DNA from: Camelus dromedarius
Lineage: Eukaryota
Assembly (NCBI RefSeq): GCF_036321535.1
Contig: NC_087461.1
Location: 19,468,001 to 19,532,000 of the forward strand
Direction of reading: 5' to 3'
DNA: 64,000 nt
Shown: piece after piece, positions 13,112 to 23,102 of the stretch
How positions within the stretch are numbered: position 1 is the first letter of the stretch
Layout: each line of letters opens with the position of its first letter
Program-made: the position numbers and the translations under genes
The notes under the pieces: generated by a model
Database searches by the model: none
The model's input: only the letters and a program-made list of their open reading frames with translations
What the model was told of the DNA's origin: nothing

Positions 13112-13251
13112 GCCCACAGACGACAGCAACCAGCTCCCGGGCCGAGGCGTTCTCTCCATGAATGGCCTGACCTACGGGGTCATCCGAGGGGACTCGGAAG
13201 AGAAGCTGCCTGTACTCACTGTGCAGGACGTCGGCCTCGTGATGCCTGGAG
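13112..13251 (+). pseudogene. DIP2C: DIP2C exon 18 (140 nt), acceptor mutated to GG
   Basis: tgttacgg|GCCCACA...CCTGGAG|gtgagt; PTDDSNQLPGRGVLSMNGLTYGVIRGDSEEKLPVLTVQDVGLVMPG; 13110-13111 read GG where AG is required. Confidence 0.92.
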
Positions 13252-14099
13252 GTGAGTGTGGCCCCAGGCGCGGGTGGTGTGTGCATGCGGGTCAGCCCCT
13301 AGCCTGACCTGTAGTCTTCTCAAGTGTTTGCTAAGCTGCTCCATAACACTACCTCACCTGACAGAAGAAAACCCAGAATGTTCGTGAAGCTGAGGAAGGG
13401 CCTCTACACCGCGTGTGCCCTGGGACCCCTGGGGGCACCGGTGCTGCCCTGCACTCCCAGTGGCACCTGGGCGGCTGGCCCCCTGAGCGAAGGTCCGGCT
13501 CCCACCGGTCATCCTGGCATGTTGGGCTCCTGGATCCTTCGCCGGGTTTGCCTTCAGCACGAGAGACCTTTTTTAAAAGTCAAAAACCATTTGCATGTTG
13601 AGCAGAGGTGAGACCCTGGGAGAAGGGTCTGCCTTGCTGAACCCCTTCTGCCTCTCTCCCCTTCCCTGTGCTGGGGGCACCTCCTGCAACTTGCTGGTGG
13701 GAGACAGAGCCTGGTTTGGTTTGGAGGGTCCCTGACCTGTCCCATCTCTCCCCACGTGGTGTTCCTGGGGAGAGGATGGCCTTTCCTGGGGCAGTTCCTC
13801 CAGGATCTGGGCCTTCCCCTCCTGAGGGTCCTTGTGCTCTCAGGTGTGGTCTCACCTTTGAGGGGAAGGGGGGGCTTGCATCCACATGCAACCCCCTGCA
13901 GCTGGCCATGTGCCCACACTGCTTCTGCCTTGGCCAGGCCTCCAGCCTCCATTCCTTTCTTGCTTTAAAAAATACTTGTTTTTCAAATAAATAATAGTTC
14001 CCCAAGTTTCCAGCCTCAAAAGATGAGATGGTTATAAAATATAAAAAGCCTCCTTTTCCACGGGAGGCAACCGCAGTGGAGACACTTGTGGATGTGTAC

Positions 14100-14180
14100 A
14101 GACTTATGGATATACACACAGTGTAGACATGCACACATACAGGCATGCACATACACGTACAGACATGCACACACTCACAT
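14100..14180. repeat. Degenerate (CA)n-like low-complexity tract
   Basis: atatacacacagtgtagacatgcacacatacaggcatgcacatacacgtacagacatgcacacactcaca. Confidence 0.6.
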
Positions 14181-14680
14181 ATTTTTTCCTGTTTCTTTCT
14201 TTAATTTCATGTGATGATCGAGCCCTGCATGAGTCCTTAGGTCCTGCATCTTGAAGCTCATTTGTCAGTAGCACGTGAAGAGCTCGCAGGTTCCTTTCCA
14301 GACCGAGTAGTATTATAGTGTCTGAACACGTAATAGTTTATCCAAACCCTCCCGGTTGGGCAGTTTCCCACTTTTTGCAGCTGCAGGGTGTTTGACGCAG
14401 GGTATAGCTCGCCTGTGCTCCCGTCCCTGGATGGGTGAGCAAGAGTGGACGGGCACACGCCCACGGAGCTGTCCACCCCGAGTGTCCCCAGGCCGGCTGC
14501 GGGATTCACATTCCTGCCACTGGTAGGGGTACCCTCCTTCTCCATCCACTCCCTCGTCCTTGGCACACTTTCAGACTTTCTGACTTTTACCAACCTGAGG
14601 GGTGAAGAATATTTCAGTGTCATGTTTCCTTGAACTTTTCTTAGTAGGAGTGAGCTGAGCATCTGTCTCCCCACACTTTA
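14180..14680 (-). mobile_element. Old L1 (L1ME-like) 3' fragment, antisense
   Basis: tttatcca...gggcagtttcccactttttgc; ttttaccaacctgaggggtgaagaatatttcagtg...gagctgagcatct resemble antisense L1 3' consensus. Confidence 0.5.
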
Positions 14681-15268
14681 GCTGGCTGGTTTTGATGCAG
14701 CACGTCCTGTCCCCTCAGTGCCAACCACGGGGTCACGGGAAGCCTTGTTAGCTCTTCCTGCAGCTCAGCCTTCGCAGTGTTCATGCCGCCTCCCTGAGCT
14801 GCATCCCCAAGCGCCTGTGCTCTGCGGGTCACCATGGGCGGGGTGTGTGCTGTGGGAATTTAAGATAGAAGACTGAGCTGCCCATGGCCATTGGGAAGTG
14901 GTCCGTTTAGAAGAGCTGAAGAGGTGCTCTGTGCTCTCCGGTCTCAGAGTGCAGGCTGCATCCCGGGGGCTGTGTGCACTTGATAATGACATGCAGTGTG
15001 TGGCAGTGACCCTCAGGCTTATTCTAAATGTCACCCTCATATTGGGATGGCAGAAAGGGTTACTCCCTTAAATACGATTTACACACTAAAATTAAAGCGG
15101 TTGGAATTATTTCCTGATGTTACAACTGTGAAATTTGATGTTTTGCTGTAGACACTGCTCCGTGCACTTGCGCTCTCTTTTGAATCCATTTGTTTCTTCT
15201 CTCTGCCTCCCTTCCTCCCCACTGTCTCCTCTCCCTGACATTCCCCGTGCTGCCTGTTCTGCGCTCAG

Positions 15269-15405
15269 CCATCATGTGTTCGGTGAAGCCGGATGGGATT
15301 CCTCAGCTGTGCCGGACGGACGAGGTCGGGGAGCTCTGCGTGTGTGCAGTTGCTACGGGCACATCCTATTACGGGCTTTCGGGGATGACCAAGAACGCCT
15401 TCGAG
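15269..15405 (+). pseudogene. DIP2C: DIP2C exon 19 (137 nt)
   Basis: cgctcag|CCATC...TTCGAG|gtaggt; AIMCSVKPDGIPQLCRTDEVGELCVCAVATGTSYYGLSGMTKNAFE. Confidence 0.95.
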
Positions 15406-16430
15406 GTAGGTGGGAGGTGACAAATGGCCACTACCAGGTGCATGAGACACGTGAGAGAAACATAAGTCATGTTCACAGTCATTTAAATAGCTGGATTTCT
15501 CCTGCCATTTTTTATGGTTTTCAATAAATTTGGCTTAGTAACATTGTTTCCACCTCATAACCGGAGCTGGAAAAGAGCAAGTAGTTTCTTTAAAAGGGGC
15601 CTTTTAAAAATTGCTCTCCTCACCTGTTTATTACGAGCACAGCTGACAGACAGGTGGGTGGCTGGGAGCCTGCAGTGCAGGCTCCGTCTTGCAGGGCCGG
15701 GAGCAGCGGCCCCTCAGGGCCTGTCATCCGGAGCCAGACTTGGCCGGGTGTGAACAGACACACACACTGCACAGGTGACTGCCTGCGCCACCCGAGCGTG
15801 CGCGCATGTGTGCGCACAGGTGTGGCGCACGGTTAGCGTGGTGGTGGGAGGCTAGGGGGTAAGGCCAGTGGGCTCAGCCTCAGCGCTGCACCCGGTTTTC
15901 TCAGAAGTTGTGTCCTTTGGCCACGTGATTCGCAACCCTGGGAGGAGCACATTCTGCCTAAGTCGTGTGTGAGAAAATAAGAATTGTTTGGGGATAAGTT
16001 TCTTAACATGTAGATTTTGGACATGAACACGTGCAATATGGTATCTAGTCCAGACAGCTTTGCTGAACATGGATTCAAGTTTCTAAAATGCCCCTGAAAC
16101 TGAGTGAGACACAGTCCAAACAAAACCGGTCTTTTCTGTGTGACTGACTTGTCGGGTTGGAGGAAACTGGGGTCGAGTCTGAACTTGTGGTGGGGCTTGC
16201 TTCCTCTGTATGTTTCTTTCCAGTGCATTTTCAATAAGGAAAAATAGGGTTTTAATGAATAGGGAGCATTTCACAACTGACAGATGTCGTTTAAAAGGCA
16301 CTTTTCTTCTCCACTCACTTTTATGCGGTGGTTTTATTAGCAGAAGATTTAGTTGGTTTTAGACCACCACAGTCCTCTTAAGAGGGGCTGGGGCTCCTCC
16401 TTGGGTTCAGGTGAGGAGCCCCCCTGGAGG

Positions 16431-16462
16431 AGGGTGGAGGGCAGGGTGGAGGGCAGGGTGGG
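16431..16462 (+). repeat. 12-bp G-rich tandem repeat (agggtggagggc, 2.7 copies); G-quadruplex motif
   Basis: Six GGG runs with loops of 1-4 nt, about 30 nt upstream of the exon 20 acceptor. Confidence 0.7.
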
Positions 16463-16491
16463 ACCCCCCGGCACTCAGCCGCCTGCCCCAG

Positions 16492-16700
16492 GTGTTCCTG
16501 GTGATGAGCTTGGGGGCCCCGGTCAGCGAGTACCCCTTCGTGAGGACAGGCCTGCTGGGCTTCGTTGGCCCCGGGGGGCTCGTCTTCACGGTGGGCAAGA
16601 TGGATGGGCTGATGGTGGCCAGCAGGCGCGGACACAATGCCGACAACATTGTGGCCACTGTGCTGGCCATGGAGCCCATGAAGTTTGTCTACCGAGGAAG
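16492..16700 (+). pseudogene. DIP2C: DIP2C exon 20 (209 nt)
   Basis: gccccag|GTGTTC...GGAAG|gtgagc; VFLVMSLGAPVSEYPFVRTGLLGFVGPGGLVFTVGKMDGLMVASRRGHNADNIVATVLAMEPMKFVYRGR. Confidence 0.95.
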
Positions 16701-17644
16701 GTGAGCGCACTTCTCTGCAGACCACACTTTCTAGATAAAGCTCATAAATTGCTCTAACGGGACAACCTGTCCTCTTCTGTGAAGTGAAGCCACTGGAGTC
16801 CATGACTTCTGAGATTCCACAAGGTTCTGAATGTCCTGAGCCCATAAATACATTTTTGGTAACTTCCGTTCCAAGTTAAATAAGAATATGCATTTGAGAA
16901 ACATACTTTTCTAAGTAGCTACACAGGAAAGAGCCCAGCATATCTTGCTGCAACTCATTTCAAATGACCCAGAGGTGATGGTTGAGCCCCAGCTGCCTGG
17001 AAAATGGCTCTCAGGCTTCCCCCGACCCAGCGGTGCCCCCACCCACCTTGGCACATGGTCAGCACTGAGCCACTGTCCACGGCTCCTGAGGGGTTGCTCA
17101 CTTGGAGGGCATGATCGCTGCTGTGGATCTTCCTCAGGTTGCCAAGCAAGTGGGTGTGGGACGAGGTGATGCTGAGGGTTGCATGTGCAGAGGGCACCCC
17201 AGAGGTCCGGTTGCCATGGCCCATCCTTCCTCTGAGAGGCAGACACGTCTAGTGGAAAACTGGCACATTAGCTCCCAGATGACAGCTTCCTGCTGATGGG
17301 GAGAGAGTTGTTTCACAGGTGCAAACTCAAGATGTGACTTGCACGGCTCGCCAAGTTTCAGCCATTCTAACAACGGCTCCTTCTGTCTATACTGAGAGGC
17401 AGAGGCTGGCACCCAGAGCCACAGGCTGGCTCCATGGGAAATGTGAGTGGTTCTGCCCTCATGCCCCCAGGCTTCCCCTAGAGCTGTGCTTACCTTGCTG
17501 AGCGCGTGGGAGTTGAAGCTGCAGTTTCCTTCCAGAGGCCACTGTCACCCTGGGAGCCAGCTGCGAAGCTCCTTCCAGCAGGGCTGGTGCTTCCGTGAGC
17601 ATCTGCAGTGCGTGCTCACTGCACTATCCTGTCTGTCCCCACAG

Positions 17645-17759
17645 GATCACCGTGTTTTCGGTGACCGTCCTACACGACGAGAGGATAGTGATTGTGGCTG
17701 AGCAGAGGCTGGACTCCACGGAGGAGGACAGCTTCCAGTGGATGAGCAGGGTGCTGCAG
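17645..17759 (+). pseudogene. DIP2C: DIP2C exon 21 (115 nt)
   Basis: ccccacag|GATC...CTGCAG|gtagtt; ITVFSVTVLHDERIVIVAEQRLDSTEEDSFQWMSRVLQ. Confidence 0.95.
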
Positions 17760-18166
17760 GTAGTTCTCCTGGCACCCCCCCCCCGCGCCCCTCACCTCTG
17801 GGGGTGTGGCTGCTGTGCTCTCTGGTCATCCCTGCACTCACCCACCAGCTGTATTGACCGTGAACTCACAGTTGTGTCCTAGGGAGGTGGCTGTACAGAC
17901 TGAGATTCGGGTCAGGGTTCGGGGATTTGCAGAACTGGCTCCCACTTGCTTGCGGAGTCTCAAGGGGACGTTTCTGTTATGACCTGGTGCATGTGCATGC
18001 TGTTCCACATGTCCCGCGGTGCATTCTGCTCAGTGACGTGTGGTGAGCCAGGGGCCCCGCTTGTGCCGTGTCAGCTTCTGTGTGCTGGCTTTGCACATCT
18101 GAGGATCTGCTACAGGGCTTTCCATCACACCTGGTTTCACACAGTTTCCTCTCCATGACTTTGCAG

Positions 18167-18368
18167 GTGATCGACAGCATACACCAAGTTGGGGTTTACT
18201 GTCAGGCCTTGGTTCCGGCCAACACCTTCCCCAAAACCCCACTCGGGGGGGTCCATTTGTCCAAAATGAAGCAGCTTTTCCTGGAGGGCTCGCTTCATCC
18301 CTGCAACATCCTGATGTGCCACCACACGTGCGTCACCAACCTGCCTAAGCCTCGGCAGAAGCAGCCAG
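18167..18368 (+). pseudogene. DIP2C: DIP2C exon 22 (202 nt)
   Basis: tttgcag|GTGATC...CCAG|gtatgt; VIDSIHQVGVYCQALVPANTFPKTPLGGVHLSKMKQLFLEGSLHPCNILMCHHTCVTNLPKPRQKQP. Confidence 0.95.
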
Positions 18369-20760
18369 GTATGTCCAAATGTTGTGCAGGCCCGGGTCAC
18401 TGCCAGCAAGGCCTCAGCCTCCCCCTCCGGCCACCATTCACATGCTCCTGGGGAACTCAGCTCCCTCCCATGCAGCCCCTTTCTCCCCAGGGTGCGGTGG
18501 GATGTAGCATCTCTTCTGGGTGCAGCTGGGGCTCAGACCTCGATCTCCTGGGTGGCCCTTGGAACAGACACTCTCAGGGTCACAGCTCCCTTGTGCCCAG
18601 ATGAGCATGAGGCTTCCTTCCATGTTTTGTGAGTCAAGCAGTTGACACGTGGAAGCCTGTGAGGAGTTGCGCTGCTCTGCCACTTGGGGAGCATGGGCAC
18701 CACTTCCGAGTCATCCTCCACACAGCTCATCGTCCTGCACTTCGGGCTGCACACGGCTGTCAGTGGAGAATTTATTGCAAGAACATGGGTGGTGGGGGAG
18801 CAGCCCCTCTGCCAGCACAGTAACGGGGTCCCGGCCTCCAACTTGACATGCCGACCTCAGGCAGGCAGGGTGCCCTCAGGCCAGGGTGCTAGGATGACAG
18901 ACAATGCATACATGGCACAGATTTTACAAGGAAATGAGTAAGCTATGCCACAGGGAGGTCAGGAGCTGACCCAAGGCTGTGGGACCAGGCAGGAGAGACA
19001 GGCCCAGACCTGACGGCTCTCTGCTCCCCCGATAGGATGGCAGTGGGGCCCGGTATAGGGACAAGTCAGCTAGAGGTGGTCAGGGGCACGGGGCCCAGCG
19101 CAGTTGGTGGTGGCTGTAGGAACCAGCCCACCCCCGGGCCCACCCCCGGGCAGGGAGCTTGGCTGAGATGGGGTGGGCGGCCTCTCCAGGTTTGGGTGAG
19201 GAGGAGCGTGGGCACCGGGGCTCTGACTCCAGGCCGCTCGCTGCTGTGCCCTCTGAGCACAGCATCCGTGGGGTGGTTGTGATCCTCTCCTGGCACAAGA
19301 CCTAGAAAGTCACAGCATGCCTGCTTTCCTGGCACCTTGGGTTTGTGTTTACAGTGACAAACACTGCTCTTCCTCTTAAATTATTCTCTTGTATTCTGAC
19401 TCCTTAACTTCTCCACTTCTTTCCTCTCACCTCTGTTGCACCCTCTCAGTCCTGGCTTGTGTGACTGTCGTGTAGAACAGAGTCACGTCTGACCGAACCA
19501 TCCATTTCTTTATTCTACGGGCAATTGCTTCAAGTGACAAAGCCACTGAAAGACACAGCTTGCCCTTCATGAGCCTAGGAAGTGGATGAAAAATAGGCTC
19601 TCTTGTCTCCTCTGGCCTCTGGGTGTGAACAGCACTGGGACTGACACAGGGGGGCTCTCGGCATGGATTTGATCAAGCCAGGGATGAAACACAAGCTGGC
19701 CGCGTGATTTTTCTGATTTTTATACTGCAACTCTTTTGGTGAAGCTCTCCCAGCCTCCTGTCCTGCTCCCCCCCCATCACTGACCCACACTCACACACTG
19801 GCCTGGTACTCTGCAGCATCTGACCTCCTCCTGAGGTCTTGGTTTCTATGCACGTGTGTAGTGAAAATGTGTGAATGATAATATAAGAAAGGTATCTACG
19901 GTTTCTTGCAGTCAGAAATTTTGAAAAAGTTTCTATAGTTCTTTAAGAAACTTCTTTCATTAAAAAAGAAAAGAAAAGCTGTCAGGATGGATTGTATCCG
20001 CTTTTCCCTTTTGAAATGCTTCATACACTGTGGAGTGAGCGTTGGTGATCAAGTCAGTAACAGAGACTAGGAGGGGTGTGGTCCGTGTAGGAGCGGGTTG
20101 GTTTGCTATTGCCCAGAGACCCCGAAGCCTTCACAGTGATGAGTGAGTGACTATGTCCTCCCCCTTCTGCCATGTTACTCCTTGAATTCATTCAAAGAGG
20201 CACTTACTAAACATGTACAATATTTTGTTGCTGTTGATGGTCAGCTCTCGCTGACATGATAACAACAGGGAACAAGATGCACGTCTTTACCTACTTTGAA
20301 ATATGTCACATGCTAAATTTCATACTTGTCTTCTGCATTATTTTCATCGTCACTGAAGTGAGTAGGTCTTAGCAGCCCCCCAACTGGAAACCAAAGGCAG
20401 CAGACTCTGTAGAGCCCGGGAAGTTTGGTAGAAGTGTGGCTCTGTGGACCCTTGTCAGGGCTTGTTCCCATTTGCCATCATTGTCATCCCAGTGACTGAC
20501 TTGAAGCCCTGTTCTCGTGAGACTTTTCAAAGCTGGGTCTTCGAGAAGATTCTCCAGAGTGAGCTCTGTACCGAAGTGGGAGGTCGTGTTTTCAGGAACT
20601 TCATCACATTTTCCTCACATGTGTGCTGCTGCTTCTTTCCAGAAATCAGCCCTGCCTCTGTTGTTGCGGAAAAATGTGTTACAGCTCGGTTGTGACAGTT
20701 GTGACAGCAACCTGGATCCGGGCGAGAGACCAAGCAGCACTGGAGAGTTGGAGAACTAGG

Positions 20761-20766
20761 TTTATT
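20761..20766 (-). terminator. LTR polyadenylation signal AATAAA
   Basis: + strand tttatt, about 70 nt downstream of the TATA box in LTR orientation (R region). Confidence 0.7.
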
Positions 20767-20832
20767 ATGCCAACGGGCCCAGAGGAGTTAACACTTCAAG
20801 CTCTGGACCCCGTCTGTAGGTTTACACAGGCC

Positions 20833-20839
20833 TTTTATA
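20833..20839 (-). promoter_or_regulatory. LTR TATA box (TATAAAA)
   Basis: + strand ttttata; lies downstream of the CCAAT repeats and upstream of the AATAAA in LTR orientation. Confidence 0.7.
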
Positions 20840-20869
20840 GGCTGCCAGTTTTATACTTTGCAACATCAT

Positions 20870-21034
20870 ATGCAAATAAAGTACAACAGAAGTTGACCAA
20901 CCAGGAATAAGCTTTGTAGAAACAGAGCAATCAGGAGTGAGCTCCATGCAAATGAAGTGCTACAAATGAACCAATCAGAAGTGAGAGTAGTAACCAATCA
21001 GGAGTGAAGGAAATAACCCATCAGAAGTGAGCTC
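20870..21034. promoter_or_regulatory. LTR U3 enhancer: two perfect octamers and four CCAAT-like repeat units
   Basis: ATGCAAAT at 20870-20877 and 20946-20953; units resembling aaccaatcag(a/g)agtgag at about 20927, 20969, 20992 and 21015 (exact CCAAT at 20971 and 20994). Confidence 0.6.
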
Positions 21035-22544
21035 AGGGAACTAATAGAATTCTAGGTGTAAGTTAGCCTCTTTAGAGGCAAAAAGTGAGATAGAGCCTCT
21101 GGGCCAGGGAACTGGACGATGCTAAGAGGAGAGCAGCGACCCTGCCTAGGGGTCCTGCTGGTCTTTTTATGGGGCTTCCCACCTCACTGTGATGGTGGGG
21201 AACCTGATGTCTGGGAAGCAGATTGCACAGGCCAGTGGCAGAGACCTGGGCCAGACAGAAGACAACAACCAGGCCTGGAAGGTGAGCACAGAGAGCCAGA
21301 CCTCACCAGTTCCTCTCCACCTGGTACCCAAGGGCCGGACCACAGACATCATCGACTTCCACTCCCTCTCTGCCAGCCCAGTCAGTGTCCCTGTCTTCCA
21401 CCTGCCCTCCTGGTCCCGCAAGCGACACCATGTGGCTTTATAAGGAAAGCGTGTTTATTGGGAGATGCAGTGTTGGGGGACACTTGACAGTAGCACAGTC
21501 CCAGGACTGGCAGGCTTGGGGCCAGTGTGAGTCCCTTCCTGTCCTTGTATCCCCTGAGCACTTGTTCCTGGTTCTCCCACAGCCCTGATGTGACACCCAG
21601 GCTGCCTCACAGCCACATTATTGTGAAGCTACAGTCCTTTCTTTGATTGTCGGAATTCAAGAAAACATCAGTTCAGAACCCAGGTTTGGGAGGCAGACAT
21701 TCTTAAAGCAGCCTTGGGATATGTGGGAGAAACTCCACATAAACATGAAAATTGGTCCCATGTGGTTGTGAGTCCCCATGATGAACATTCAGCCCCAGAA
21801 CTCCTCCTGCTCTCCCAAAGGTAGCCCTGCTGTGTGGGGGCTCCCAGGGAATGTGACAAAGAAGTCACTTAAGATACTGCCAATTTGGTAACACATGATA
21901 ACGTGTTCAGTGAAAGCACTGGATCACCATGTTCCCCAGCTCGTGGTGCATTTCTCTCAGTGGTGGATTAAGGTGAACATGTGGGTATTTGCTATATCCT
22001 GACCCTAGTGCTGTGTCCTGGCATGAAATAGGGCCATCCTTGTCACCAGACTGTCAGCCTGGTGCCTACATTCTGTGTGCTTTGCAGTGCTGTTGAACGA
22101 CTTCAGGGATGACCATTGAAAAACAAATTTAAGAGATTCCATTCTTAAAACAGGATAGATCTGATTCTGTCACTGCAGCCCCCAGACATCACTGTTGCAT
22201 CTTCTGGAAGCCCAGGGGAAGGGGTTTTCTGTGTCAGTTAACCTGTCTGTGAGGGGAATGAATGGAGTCTTCCCATCCATGAGGAGATTTCAGAACTCTT
22301 CCCTAATGGAGGCAGGGCACCAACCCTCTGACCCGTGAGTCTAAATCAGGCACGGTGAATTCCAGGTTGCTGCCAGGAAAGCATTGTAAGCACCTGCTGG
22401 TTCTGTCGATTATATTCATCAGGGACGATCCCCTCACTGTCTGGAGGCCCCCTGAAAGCACTCAGGCAGACCACACCAGTTTAAGTGTTGCAATCAGCCC
22501 GGCCCTCGGGACAGTCTGGACCTAACGGCTATGCTCTGTTCCAG

Positions 22545-22624
22545 CTCCTGTTCCTCTCGGAGGTCCTGCAGTGGAGGGCACAGACCACCCTGACCACGTG
22601 CTGTACACGCTGCTCAACGGCAGG
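22545..22624 (+). pseudogene. DIP2C: DIP2C exon 24 with a 1-bp deletion (80 nt; 81 expected)
   Basis: gttccag|CTC...GGCAGG|gtgagg; LLFLSEVLQWRAQTT, then ACCACCCTGACCAC lacks one C of ACC ACC CCT GAC CAC; DHVLYTLLNGR continues in the shifted frame. Confidence 0.92.
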
Positions 22625-23102
22625 GTGAGGCCCTGGGTGTCCCCGTGGGAGCATGTGCCTGCTTCTGTGTCTCTTTCTCAGGCCACACCTTCCACTGAAG
22701 CCTTCCCTGACTCCTGTTATTTACGTCTTTGTATGTTGCTGTTTTGACTGAGACCTTTTCACCTAGGAAAGGTTGCTTCTAAATATAAGGGCTTGAGCAT
22801 TTGGATGCATGTGTGTAGTATATTTTAGCAATTATTTTGCAATGTTTTCCCCCCAAAGTGAGTTACTGAATGTCTACAACAGAGAACAGTTGCAGACTTA
22901 TGAGGTATTAATGTCTTTATTATTATCATTTTTTTTACTAAACTACATTTTTATAAGATGTCATGTTTTAATTATAGGCTTTCATTCTTAGGAATGAAAA
23001 TCATTTCTATTTTATCATTAAAGTTTATGTGTTCACATTTCAGATTAGAAAAGTAAACATCAGATATTTGTTCCATAATAGTATTTAAGAATGAGACCTT
23101 AA

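Larger units (their letters stand above)
20662..21186 (-). mobile_element. Solo LTR of an endogenous retrovirus (ERV1/gammaretroviral-like), 525 bp
   Basis: TG...CA termini; perfect 4-bp TSD CTGT (20658-20661 and 21187-21190). On the minus strand the order is repeated CCAAT-type enhancer units, TATAAAA, then AATAAA. Confidence 0.92.
20643..21281 (+). pseudogene. DIP2C: DIP2C exon 23, split by an LTR insertion (19 nt at 20643-20661 plus 91 nt at 21191-21281 = 110 nt)
   Basis: tttccag|AAATCAGCCCTGCCTCTGT [LTR] CTGT GATGGTGGGG...TGGAAG|gtgagc. Removing the LTR and one CTGT restores EISPASVMVGNLMSGKQIAQASGRDLGQTEDNNQAWK. Confidence 0.93.

Noticed and set aside
12246-14170. Long ORFs (up to 196 aa) around exon 18
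   Set aside because: Low-complexity or GC-rich intronic ORFs; the only recognisable coding sequence is exon 18 itself.
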